Assembly (NCBI RefSeq): GCF_037042905.1
Contig: NC_087252.1
Location: 12,028,001-12,092,000 of the forward strand
DNA length: 64,000 nt
Direction: 5' to 3'
Source: Lytechinus pictus
Taxonomy: Eukaryota
The stretch's first letter is position 1. The number at the start of each line of letters is the position of its first letter. Positions 39,221 to 52,257 of the stretch are shown here, piece after piece. The position numbers were made by a program, and so were the translations under genes. The notes beneath the pieces were generated by a model, which was given only the letters and a program-made list of their open reading frames with translations, had not been told where the DNA came from and did no database searches.

Positions 39221-39883
39221 TCAGTGAGCCTAAGTATGATATGATTAATATTATGTGACTGCAGGAATCTTTTAAAACTTTATGCCAATATGAACAAGCG
39301 TATTTTTCATTAAACTCATATTCAAATTCAAACAACGAACGGATATTGTAATTGTACTTTATGCTATAACGAACGTAACTTTAGTTTTGTAAGATTAAGA
39401 CCAAACGCGCTAAAAGTAGGGGGAAGCGATGCTCATGATTGAAGTATGGAAAGTGTCTATACTCCTTGATAAGTTTCACACAGTGCTTCGTTTCCATCAG
39501 TGATGTTCTTGTCAAAGTTATAGTTTTACTTTAATCTGATTCCTGTTTTTTAAATATAATTTCGGTTCTTAATGAATGAGGTGTGGTTTCAATGACAACG
39601 TGTATAGAGCGAATCTGTTCTACATGTTACAACACACAAATTCTGGATGAACACAACATAACCTACATACAGTGCGTTCAATGCACGCTGAATGTGCAGG
39701 GAAGCTAATAATCGTGTGTGCACATGAGTTACACACAACAGAAAGCGTTCAACGCAACCAACAGAATCTTTGAATTTGAGAAAACTGGGCATAAGCTAAA
39801 TACGTCTCAGAGATGGTTATCAAAATGATGCTAATAAATCGCTATTTGTGTCTAAATTATAATCTTTCATCCTATATTGCGGA

Positions 39884-41523
39884 CAGGGCCGTAGCCAGAA
39901 GCATTTTGTTGGGGGGGGGGGGGGCGGGTGTACCAGCTAAATTTGCCAACTAAATTTGGCGTGATCGCACCAACGTGAGCACAGGGGGAGTCTGATGGGG
40001 GATGTGCCCCCCCCCCCCTACAATAATCACATGCCAAAAGATTTTGAATTTTTAAAATTAAATTAGTGGCATTTGGTGAATACTTTAAGGTAAATTATAC
40101 AAAGATATACAAAGATATTTGCACTGTAAAAATAAACATTTTGGATAAAAATAAAAAGGCTAGTGTGCCGTAGTTGCTAACTTGCAGTATAATTATTTAC
40201 CCTATGCATTAATAATATAAAAATCAAAGATTTTTTAATTTTTAATTGACCTTCTGTGCAAGACACTCAACTAAAATTTCAAGAGTGCTACTGCTAACAG
40301 TGGCGTACCGTGGGTCGCGGCATGGGGGGGCAGCAAAAAAATTTAGTCATTAAGTGGGCGCGCGAAGCGCGCTCAACTGCCAGGTATACTGACCTAATAG
40401 AGACACTTTAAGGACTATGCAATTAAACAGATATGTATCTTAGTGATTAAATAATGCGAGCGCGAAGCGCGAGCTGAAAATGTTTGATATTCAGTCCTAA
40501 AAAGGGACATTATAAGCAAAGTTTTGTAATTATGATATGTACCTGTCTCACAAAACAAACAATGCGAGCGCGAAGCGCGAGCGGAATTTTTTTGTATAAC
40601 TTGACCCTAAAAAGGGACGTTTAAAGGACTATCTTTTGGAATTCATGAAGTGCGTACGTATCTCATCATAGTGATCTAATGCGAGCGCCAAGCGCTTGCT
40701 GATTTTGTTATAATTACAACTAAGCACATGAAGCACTTTTTGTGGTCATTGTAATCATGAACATGATACGTATTTCACTAATGAAATATTGCGGCCCAGA
40801 AGGGCGAGTTGACAATTTTTGAAATGTAGACCTGAAGAGGGGCGTTCTATGGTCTGTTTGTAGGAATTTACTATTTCACTAATCAAGTGATGCAAGCGCG
40901 AAGCGCGAGCTGAAAATTTGTTATAATTAGATCAGAAAAAGGGACATTTTAAGGACTGTCTTTAGGAATTCGTGCACTGCAAAAAAAACGCCGGTGTTGA
41001 TTTAACACCAGCCCGGTACCTATATCGGTCCACACCAATGCAAACGTAAACACAGACTGGAAATGTTTTATATTAAGGCCTTAAAAGGGGGCAGTCACTT
41101 CAAGTATATATTCATGAAAAAAGCATATATCACTACACAAAACAATAATAACTTGTGTTTTTTGCCAACTGCAAACTTGTAGACAAGTCTACAAGTTGTA
41201 CACTTGTCTTCATGAATTTGCCAACTGCAGAGTTCTGTTCTTTTTAGTTCTGAAACGGGGCAGTACTTGTACATCACTTTGTCTTGCCTCTAATTTTACA
41301 AAACTAATGTGTTTGTTAAATCGTCAATAATTGTGGTATAATTTGCAAACTCACAAGCTTGTTTATATTAGGGGAGGACCGGGGGCTTACTTTGTGCGTT
41401 ATTATAGCTCCATCTGTTTTGTCCTATGTATTTTGCTGACTAGTAGGTCTCTAAGCCTGGCTACATGGACTTGGATTTGCCAACTGGTTGTCTTTACTCC
41501 ATAAGTCGTAACCTTCTTCGAAG
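39884..41523. mobile_element. Nested non-autonomous DNA-transposon-like insertions with an internal ~110 bp tandem array
   Basis: Interrupts sequence homologous to ~51780 at 39884 (CAGGGCCGTAGC); second terminus-like CAGTGGCGTA at 40298; GCGAGCGCGAAGCGCGAGC-type units at ~40358, 40456, 40564, 40681 and 40892; CACTGC at 40975. Confidence 0.6.
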
Positions 41524-41670
41524 NNNNNNNNNNNNNNNNNNNNNNNNNNNNNNNNNNNNNNNNNNNNNNNNNNNNNNNNNNNNNNNNNNNNNNNNNNNNN
41601 NNNNNNNNNNNNNNNNNNNNNNNNNNNNNNNNNNNNNNNNNNNNNNNNNNNNNNNNNNNNNNNNNNNNNN
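41524..41670. other. Assembly gap (147 N)
   Basis: Run of n. Confidence 1.
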
Positions 41671-41937
41671 TGATATGTTGTTAAAACTATTTTTGATTAT
41701 TTATAAAAATACATTTATTCATTAAAATAAATTTCCCTTCAAAGACCCTTTTGTTCAATCAAATATAAAAAAAAAAATAAAAAAAAATCGGATTTATCAT
41801 ATTTTCGAGTGTTTGTACTGTAAAAAAACGTAGGCGATGTGAAGGCTAATATATGCTACTCTATATGAAAATATGCATCTTACTGATTTCATATAATTTG
41901 ATCTCATTGTCCTTACTTTTAGAAAAATGTTTTTGTC

Positions 41938-44900
41938 TCATTTTCCGATGATGAACTCATGTTTCCAGGCAACGAAAAGAGATGAAGATCTCGTCTGGTG
42001 TTGGTGGATGATGAACCCAGAAGGTGCATTTGGAATTAAATCTGTAAAACCAAAAATAGATGAGAACTGCAAAAAAATATATATATATAACGAGATGAAT
42101 TTTCAAAGATTAACAAAATGTTAAATCAATACAATACTTTCTGTAATATGACATTATTGATAATATAACGTATATATTTCATGTTGAAGAAAAATTAGTT
42201 AATTTATTTACTCCTTATCATCTATTTAGTTTAAAGTGAAACATATCAAATTCAAGTAGTTTACAATGTTGAGGAGACATAAGCCACAGGCCTAAAAAAT
42301 GATGATTCTCCATGTATGCAAATCAAAGCGAAATCAATTAAGTAATACAAATTACACAAAGTATTTTGAAATATTTAAATATTTTTAATTTGTTATTCAA
42401 TTATTAGAAAATGGGGGGGGGGGGGGGAATAGTTGTAAGCTTACACAGATAAAGGGAATCGAATACCGCACTTCCCGAGCCATATTCTGATACAGCGGTG
42501 CATTTATAAACAGAATAATAATTGGAGAGTGGGTTTTGAATCCCAAGTACACTGGTCGTTAGTGTTGCGTTTTCCGATATTGTCTCGTGGAGTCTGTAGT
42601 TATTGGTGTCCTTTGACACTACAGTTTCGTTGCAAAGCCAAACGAAGGTAGTGACAAGAGGATTAGCGTCCGCTTTACATATCAACACGGGCTCTGTAGT
42701 CCCACTTGCTTTCTTCGATGTAAGACGCCGAACAGTAATTGACACAACGGGAGCATCTAGACCAAAGAGACAAAATGCAATTTGCTAGTAATGAATATGA
42801 AATAAAAGAAGCATACAGATCATAAGAAAAGGACAGAAATCGATAATGATTTTTTTTTCTTAGAAAGAGACAAGACGGAAAACAAAACATTGGCTAATTA
42901 CTTTGTAAAAATAAGGTTGCAGTGTCATTTTATATATAATTTGTCTCGTGGCGACGTTTATAGTTTTCTTTACAATTTTTAAAACATCTACTAAACATGC
43001 AAGCAGTCTTATCGAAGCTACTACCAAAACCAGAACTTACATGTTACGTTCAGAACCAAGCTTTCATTCACCGAACGAGCTTGGAATGTTGCAGGTTGAA
43101 TTGCCTGGCAGAGAAGTTGCTTCCCATTGTCAAATCTCGTCGGTATTAGAGTAAGCGTGCTTTCAGCATCATATCTACCAGCCGGATTTTCACTTATGTT
43201 TAAATACGAATCCTCTGTAAGATTTTTTGATCCAATGTACCAATCAATTAACGGTGCGGGGGATCCATTAACAGCTTTGCAGGATATATTTATTTCTATG
43301 TCGTCGTACAGATTCCCAAGGAAAGTCATTTTGATGCCTCCTGGCGGGCCTTTGAATGAAACGTAAACAACGAATTCAATGCCGTAAAAGAAGGAAATAA
43401 GTTTGTGTTCAATATAAACCCACTTAATGTATTTTGTAATTAATAAAAGGGGTCGAAAACACATCTTGCGAACTTTTATTTTCTTATATTATGTGAAATC
43501 CTCAATGCCAGCGATGACGACGTGGCCCTTTTTAGTAATGACAATTGTAAGATATCCTAAACAATACTATTATTTTGTTTAAGCATGTAAATGATCATGC
43601 TTAACATCGGATAACACCGATAAAAAGGGAAAATATTTCATCAATATTGTGTATGAATAAGGAATGCAGTTTTTAAAATTGCAAACCTAAAGGGGTGAAG
43701 AAGAACTCACCGTAAACGATTACGTTGGCATACACCAATTCCACTATAGATTCTTCAAGCGATGCGAAGCATTTAATGTACTGTCCATGATGCACAATAT
43801 TTAAGTGTAAGATTACAGTACCTTCGGTGTCAAACAGAGCATCGTCCAAAATGCTTCTTTCGCTTGAGATATTTGGAATAATTCTTTCGCCGAGACCATT
43901 GCCACTTTCTAACTGAAAGGATAGTTCAGTTGCTGGGAATGACCCAATACTTCTACATGTGATTGAAGTCGGTGAATCTTCTTGGACGTATATGAGTCTT
44001 GACTGGGACTGGCTACCTCCAGTTGAAAAGAGCAGCACACTCATAGGAAGAACTTCAAATGAAAAGAAAAAGAGCGAGGGATAAAGAGAGATAAAGACAG
44101 GGGAAAAGGGAAGGAATGACAATAAAAATTGTGTTGAATATCATTAACAGATGCTAAATGGCATGAAGAATTGGATGAATTTTAAAAGTGACACGCCGTT
44201 TGCTTTTATTTTTTGGTATACATGTACGTATAATATTAACATCGGGTGATAAATAAATATATTTGCAAGAAAAAGAAATCGATTGGTCTAAGAGTAATAT
44301 TGTTCAATGTAAAGAGGTTTGTTTTAAATGGACGCTGACAAGCTGGGAGTAAATGAGGCAGCCATCGGTGTACATAACCTAGAGACAGATATATTTATAC
44401 AAAATACCTACCATGTACATTCATATTTACTGTGCATTGAAGGTTTTCTGATAGTTCTTGATGTGATGCGATGCAGCTAAGAATCTTTCCGTGGTTATCC
44501 CTCGAGGGTGTTATTGTCACGGCTTTCTGAGAGATGTAAAAGCTGTCTTGGATATCATCAGACTGATCCTGATGAACAACTGCCATATCATCAGGTAAAC
44601 GCCATTCCAATACTGCAGGGGGCATTGCTCCATATGCTTCACATGTGATGTCTTGTTGTTGGTCAGCTATTACGGTTAGAGAGATGTTGTTTGAGTAGTA
44701 AATGGTGCCCTCTCCATCAATGACATAGAGCCAAGTGGGTGGAGCTTGCGATGAAAAACATAATACATTCAAGTATTAGAGGCATCATTCCTCATTTGTC
44801 TAAATCATTTTACGTGAAAGCATACATTTCTTAGATATAGAATTATGTAATTAGATGCCCAAGTAGAATATTCGGAGCTCCGCTAAAGTAACTATCATCC

Positions 44901-45105
44901 CTCATAATATGGCCTACAAATAATTTAGGGGCCATATTCACGCATCTGTGCTAACCCATGTATACTCATATGGACAGTACTTAGTGGCTTCGTACACACT
45001 ACTTTCATGAAGGAAATTACACTACACATCATACTTACAGCTTTGCGAGATGGTAATTCCAAGGCAAAGACCGAGAACTACTTGCATTGAAATGGACGTC
45101 ATCAT
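41938..45105 (-). CDS. Variable cassette 4: signal peptide, 4 Ig exons, FN3 stub (intact)
   Basis: Leader 45039-45105 (MMTSISMQVVLGLCLGITISQS); Ig1 44412-44744; Ig2 43711-44052; Ig3 43041-43349; Ig4 42445-42756; stub 41938-42041 ending VAWKHEFIIGK*. Confidence 0.88.
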
Positions 45106-45307
45106 TCAGCATGTTCAGTGATCATACAGTAGGCAATGCGAAGACGTTCTGTATATTCCGACAGACAGAACATTCTAACAAAAATACATGAAATGTTTGG
45201 ACAATTAACAATGGCACTTACTTACATTCCTTCCTTCTTACTTGGATTCGGTTTCGCAAACTGTCTTAAATAATCACCAATATAACATGTAACAAAAGTG
45301 TTAGATC

Positions 45308-45326
45308 GAAAGCGGGCGCTCTTTCG
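45308..45326 (-). promoter_or_regulatory. Conserved cassette upstream element
   Basis: GAAAGCGGGCGCTCTTTCG ~200 bp upstream of the ATG at 45105. Confidence 0.7.
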
Positions 45327-45728
45327 TCAGTGGGCCTGAGTATAATTTGAATATCGTTATGCAAGGGTATCAAAATAATATGCAGTATATATTATATCAT
45401 GAATTTTTTCTGAGTGTAGAAATCTGTTCAAATTGAATAACAAAATGAACAAGCCTGTTTTTCCATTTAACTCACATTCAAACAACGAGCAAAAAAAAGT
45501 ATTTTATTTTATAACGAATGTAGTTTTATTTTTTGTAAAACTAAGCTCAAACCCGATAAAAAAAAGTAGGGGAAAGCGATTTTCAGGATTGAAGTGTGGA
45601 AATTGATACTCCTAACTATGTTTCACACTTCTACATTTCTTGCAGTTATATTCTTGTCGAAGTGATCGTTTCAGTTCGTTCAAATTTTCAACAATCTCTG
45701 TTTGGTTCTTGGAAATATTTATAAAAGT

Positions 45729-48700
45729 TTAATCATGTATGAGGATCTGTTTTAACGACAACGTGCATATGGCGAATATAGCGATGTTCTCACACCCTAA
45801 TGTTGATCCTGGTTGCCAGGCAACGAAAAGAGATGAAGATCTCGTCTGATTTCGGTGCATGATGAACCCATATGGCGGATTCGGGATAAAATCTGTAAAA
45901 CAGAAGAAAAATTGTAAAACAAGCAAAACGGGATACGTTAATAACAAAGATGAAATATTAAATCAATACATCAATATTTTTGTGCTAAGACGATATTGGT
46001 AGGATTAATTGATTATTTGATTTTGAAACAAAATGTATTAATTTATTTATTATTTTTCTTTTTTTCGATTTGAAATACAACATATCAAATTCAACTATTT
46101 TACGATATGGAGGGCCCATTAAAAGCCACATGTCTAACAATGTTTTCTTTTTGTTTGGTATAAGACCAAAAACATCAAATATATGTATGTAAAACCACAC
46201 AAAGTATTTAGAATTATTTTGATCACATCACTTTATTTGTTATTGATTATTTCAGAAGTAAATTGATAATAGTCAGCTTACACAAATAAAGGGAATTGAA
46301 TTCTGCACTTCTCGAGCCGTATTCTGATACAGCGGTGCATTTATAAACACAATGATATTTGGAGAGTGGGTTTTGAATCGCAAGTACGCTCGATGCTAGT
46401 GTTGCATCTTCATATATAGTCTCGGTGAGTCTGTAGTTGGTGTCGTTTAACACTACAGTTTCGTTGCATAGCCAATCGAAGGTATTGACAGGAGGATTGG
46501 CGTCCGCTTTACATGTCAACACGAGCTTAGTAGTCCCACTTGCTATGGTTGATGTAAGACGTCGAGCAGTAATCATCACAACGGGATGATCTACATCACA
46601 GACACAAAATAGAAATTTGATAGAAATTAATATGAAATAAGAAAGTATAATAATCATGGGGACAGAATAAAGATAGATGATAAAATCAAGTTCATGTACG
46701 TAAAAAGAAGCAAAACACAAGACAAAACATTGTCCAATAACTTTCTGAAAAGAAGGTTGTAGTGTCATTTTGGATAAAGTTTTCTCGTTTCTACATTTAC
46801 AGTGTGTGAACGTAAAAAGAAATCCAAATGGGTCAGGTTTTCTTTAGAAATATTGTTTAAGACATAACAGGCGGACAGCACAAGCAGAAATAAATATCTC
46901 AAATAATCAAAGAGTCAACGAGGAAAGCGTGTAGACAGACAAGATCATTTGCAATTCAAACGGGTTAACTATATATATTCAACCAGTCCACTAGTCTTAT
47001 TAAATGCATTTAAAATAATCACCACTTACATGTTATGTTCAGAACCAAGCTTTGATTCATCGAAGGAGCTGGGAGTGTTGTATGTTGAACTGCTTCACAT
47101 AGAAGACTTTTCCCATGATCAAACCTCGTCGGTCTTAGAGTTAGGACGCTTTCAGTGTCATATCGACCAGCTTTATTTTCACTTGTGTTTAAAGATGAAT
47201 CCTCTGTAAGATTTCTTGATCCGATGAACCAATGGATATACGGTGCTGGGTAGCCATTAGTAGCTTTGCAGGTTACATTGATTGCTATGCCATCGTACAG
47301 GTCCATAGGGAAAGTAATGTTGATGCCTTCTGGTGGGCCTTTGAACGAAACGTAAAAAGAATAGTCATATATAGATCAATGTCGTAAACTTAATAATATG
47401 TGTCAAACATTACTTACATAACGTATCATTTTGTTTGTAGCAGGGAGGAAAGACACCTTACATCCCAAGAATGCGTTACATCCTCAATATCAGCGATGTG
47501 GCCCTTTGCAGCTTGGAATATTGTAAATAAAAAACACAACTATTTAGAATATACTTTATCATATACATGGTGGCGGTCAACAACATATAACACCTAGCAT
47601 TGCAAGAGATCGAACAACATTTGCATGACTTAAAAAAGTTTTAAAAAACTACCAATCCCAAAAAAAGGGAAGAGGAAAAAAAAAGTAGAAGAACTCACCG
47701 TAAACGACCACTTTTGCGAACATAAATCCAACTATGTGTTTCTCAAGTGATGCGTAGCAATGAATGTTCTTCCCATGACGCTCAATATTTGGGTGAATGG
47801 TTATAGTACCCTCGGTGTCGAACAACTTATCGTCTAAAACACTCATTTTGCTTGAGATATTTGCGCGAAGGGAGATATTGTCAGCTTGACCAGTAACCCC
47901 TACTAACTGAAATGACAGTTTGGTCGCTGGAAATGACCCAATACTTTTACAAGTGATTGAAGTCGGTGTATCTTCTTGAACGTTAAGGACTGTTGAATGG
48001 GACTGGTTTCCTCCAGTTCGAAAGATCACCACATTCCTTGGCAGAACTTAAAAATAGAACAAAATGAGACATTTTGAGTGAGTGAGAGCGATAGAGAGCC
48101 AATGAGGGGGGGGGGTATTGTGGATGGTATCGAATTTACACTTTGGTAAAATGATATTTAGGAGACTGAATGCTTTAGTACATGGATATATGTTGTCGAC
48201 CATGTATCATCCCATGCATCATTGACTTCCTCACTGGTCGTAACCAGTGCGTCCGCTACCAAGGTGTCATGTCAGACATTACTCCTATGAGCGCAGGTGT
48301 ACCACAAGGTACACCGGGCTTGGCCCGGTGCTCTTTCTAGTTCTTATCAACGATGCCCTAGCTATCATCATCCAAAATGGAGTTATGGAAATATGTAGAT
48401 GATATGACACTAGGTGAAGTGAAAACGAATGGTGCAGCCAGTGAGGTACAAGACACTCTTGATGAGCTAAATGTATGGTGTAATACAAATAAAATGAACT
48501 TGAATGCCAGTAAATGTCAAGTGATGAGAATGGACTTTGGGAAAAATCCACTCCCAATGCACTGAATGTTGAAATAGGCACCAGACCCTGAATGAAGTAG
48601 ACGTGATGAAAATACTTGGTATCCTTGTCCAGTCAGACCTAAAATGGAATGACCACATTAGTTCAATGATAGCTAAGGCTAACAGGCGAATTCACATGTT

Positions 48701-50486
48701 GAGGCAGCTCAGACCTTTAAAACTCCAACAGGGTGATCTACTGACGATTTATACTGGTTACGTGAGGCCTTTGGTGGAGTAAGCTGTGCCCGTTTGGCAC
48801 CAAGGCCTGACTGCCCAACAGCGAGCACAAATCGAAAGAATAGAGAAACGATCTCTCCGAATCATTCATGGCCCACTGTACATCACCTATGAGAATGCCC
48901 TACAAATCACAAACCTGAAATCACTCGGATAAAGACGACGGGACTTGTGTATCAATTTTGCCAAGTGCCTACAAAACTCACCCACCTTCAGATCCTGGTT
49001 GCCTAATCCTAGACTAAACACAAAAACACTCCGAAGAATTGCTCCTTACGATCAGATTAAATGCAGGACACAAAGGTGCAAACTTAGTTCCATTCCATAT
49101 CTAATTAGCTTATTGAATGAATCGTAGATAAAGAAGACAATATGTTTGTTATGATCTGTATTATGACCTCTTCCTAAATCTGTTATTTCTATTCATATAT
49201 CCTCTCTCTCTCTTCTTCTTCTTTTTCTGCCTCACCCTCCATCTCTTTACATCTATTTCTCTCTCCCTCTCCCTCCCTCCATCATTTTCTCCAATTCTTT
49301 CTCTATCTCACCATCCATCTATTTCTCCTTCTCTCTCTCTATTTTATTGTTCCTTAGTCCCAGTTCTTTTTAATTTTACTCTTCTCTTTCCAACGCGTTT
49401 GTGTTGCAATGTGACTTTTTTTTTATCATGTTTATTATTATTATTGAATCCGAATAATCAGCGACTATCTGTAATGTTTCAGTAGAACGAAATAAGTATA
49501 CATAACTCTCGGTATAAAAACTTTATTTTAATTATTTACACATTGTTACCCACTTCCATTTCTCTTTATACTCTGAATACGTCACTAATTCAAAATCTCG
49601 ATATCATCAAGTCAAATTTATCCATTCCAATTCAGTTACATCATAAGTCCTTCCAATCCGCTTCCTCGTATACTATATCTTAAGCAAATTTTGAAACTTC
49701 TGCAATTACTCATATTTGAAAATATTCTAATGATTCATATTAACCCCCAAAGTATTAATGATAGCATATTTTGTCATGCTTTGTGTATTTTTAGAATTCT
49801 ATTTTGATACTGTTATGTTTTGTGTTCTTTTTTATGTAAAAGTTATGTACAATTCAGCTCTTGCTGCGAACAGTCTTTAAATAAAATACCATTATCATTA
49901 CATACATTAAAAATATTTCCTGTATATTACGCATGCTATGTGGACATAAAAGTAAAATGCACAGATAATGTAAATCCAACTGCAAAGGAATAGATTTGCT
50001 GAGACATTAGGTTATTCTGTATACTACAGTGGAGGCAATAAAAGGCTCTCAAAAGACTAAACAAAGATTTCTACAAACAAAAATAACCTATATGACATAC
50101 ACACCATGAACATTGAGATGAACTGAGCGTAGACGTTCATTTTGTAGTTCTGGGTGTGACGTGATGCAACTAAGAATCTTTCCGTGGTCATTCCTGTAGG
50201 GTGTGATTGTCATGGCTTTCTGGGAGATGTAAGATCCGTATTGAATAACATCAGACTGATCCTGATGCACAACTGCCATATCATCTGGTACATGCCATTC
50301 CAATACTGCATGAGGATTTGCTCCATATGCTTCACATATGATGTCATTTCGTTGGTCAGCTTTTACCGTTATAGAGAGGTTGTTAAAGTAATATCGAACC
50401 CCCTTTCCATCAATAATGTAGATCCAAGTGGGTGGAGCTACAATGTAAGTATAAGAATAAGATTTATTAAGTAGTAAAGTCAGTTT

Positions 50487-50563
<77 letters not shown>

Positions 50564-50881
50564 TTTTTTTTTAATTTATGAATTATTGTTTTGAGTTGTG
50601 ATGTATAACTTGATACACACTTATCAAGACATTCTCCGTAAAATTATGATGTCGTTTCGGTAATGGGTTATTGCGTGAGCCCTACATATTTCGATAATCA
50701 GTAATGATCGTTGGTTCATACACAGTGTTCATACCATTTCACACGATCCGTATCTATTTGCTACTTAAAACTTGCCTTCATCATGCTTTGATGAAGTAAA
50801 TGCAACACAGGTCTACTTACCGCTTTGTGAGATGATAACCCCAAGAAAAAGTACGAGAACTACTTGTGTAGAAATGGACAT
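45729..50881 (-). CDS. Variable cassette 5: signal peptide, 4 Ig exons, FN3 stub (intact, chimeric, LINE in intron)
   Basis: Leader 50821-50881 (MSISTQVVLVLFLGVIISQS); Ig1 50105-50437; Ig2 47699-48046; Ig3 47030-47338; Ig4 46282-46590; stub 45729-45892. Confidence 0.88.
48170..49897 (+). mobile_element. 5'-truncated non-LTR retrotransposon inserted antisense in the cassette 5 Ig1-Ig2 intron
   Basis: IIDFLTGRNQCVRY..AGVPQGT / LGPVLFLVLIND / WKYVDDMTL / DLKWNDHI..YVRPLVE*..IEKRSLRII with stops and frameshifts; absent from the homologous cassette 3 intron (~37940). Confidence 0.85.
50488..50562. repeat. (CT)n(TA)n compound microsatellite
   Basis: Direct reading. Confidence 0.9.
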
Positions 50882-51112
50882 CGTAATTAAGCGACAAATT
50901 ACGACAATGCTACGAGATCCTACCTGTTTCAACCGACAGTCAGTCCGAATGGAAAGAAAGTATAAGAACACGAAATTATGAGATATGAAATGTGTTGGAA
51001 AATGAACATCGGCACTTCTGTATAGTCCCTCCTTCTTAGGTGGTTTCGGTTTCGCATACTATCAAAGACACCAGTCAACATAACAGGTAACTATGTTAAA
51101 GCTCGTTAGATG

Positions 51113-51131
51113 GAAAGCGGGCGCTCTTTCG
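51113..51131 (-). promoter_or_regulatory. Conserved cassette upstream element
   Basis: GAAAGCGGGCGCTCTTTCG ~230 bp upstream of the ATG at 50881. Confidence 0.7.
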
Positions 51132-52257
51132 TCTATGAGCCTATGTGTATCATCGTGTGACGGCAGAAATCTATTAAAACTGTATGCCAACATGAAAAAG
51201 CGTATTTTTCATTAAAATCATATTCAAACAACGAACGGATATTGTAATTGTATTTTATGTTAAAACGAATGTAATTTAGTTTTGTAAGATTAAGCCCAAA
51301 CGCTCTAAAAGTAAAGGGAAGCGATGTTCATGATTGAAATATGGAAAGTGTCTATACTCCTAAACAAGTTTCACACTGTGCTTTGTTTCCTTCAGTGATG
51401 TTCTTGTGAACGTTATAGTTTTACTTTAATCTTGATCTGATTCCTTTTTTTAAATATAATTTTGGTTCTTAAAAAATGAGGTGTGGTTTCAATGACAACG
51501 TATATATAGCGAATCTGTACTACATGTTACAACACACAAATTCTGGATGAACACAGCATGACCTACATACAGTGCGTTCAATGCACGCTGAATGTACAGT
51601 GTAGCTAATAATAGTGTATGCCCGTGAATACACACAACAGAAAGCGTTCAACGCAACCAACAGAATCTTTGAATTTGAGAAAACTGGGCATAAGCTATTC
51701 GTCTCAGAGAGGGTTATCAAAATGATGCTAATAAATTACTACTTGTGTCTAAATTATAATCTGTCATCCTATATTGCGGAGTGTTTCAGCTTTTTGTCGA
51801 ACAAATACAAGCACTCATACACATGTTTCTTCTTAGCTTAATATTGTTTTTCTATTCAGCTGCTCATATATTTCAACGATCTCTCTACTTGTTTTATTCA
51901 TCAAGAGTGTGATGGTGAGGAAAATGAGTGAAGGCGGCCTTTACAATTTCAGGTACCAGCATATCCAATATTGGGGAAGCAGATGGCCTTGTCGTTTGTT
52001 AAAACTATTTTTGATTATTTATAAAAATACATTTATTCATTAAAATAAATTTCCCTTCAAAGACCCTTTTGTTCAATCAAATGTAAAAAAAAAAAAAAAA
52101 AAAAACATCGGATTTATCATATTTTCGAGTGTTTATACTGTAAAAAAACGTAGGCGATGTGAAGGCTAATATAAGCTACTCTATATGAAACTATACATCT
52201 TACTGATTTCATATAATTTGATCTCAATGTCCTTACTTTTAGAAAAATGTTTTTGTC

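Noticed and set aside
40350-40980. Regularly spaced GCGAGCGCGAAGCGCGAGC palindromes as a CRISPR-like array
   Set aside because: Eukaryotic context, spacers homologous to each other and no cas genes; it is an internal tandem repeat of an interspersed element.
41524-41670. Gap hiding more cassettes or marking a false duplication join
   Set aside because: The flanks map to ~51780 and ~51997 in the duplicate copy and the duplication breakpoint is at ~47240, not at the gap; not fully excluded without long reads.
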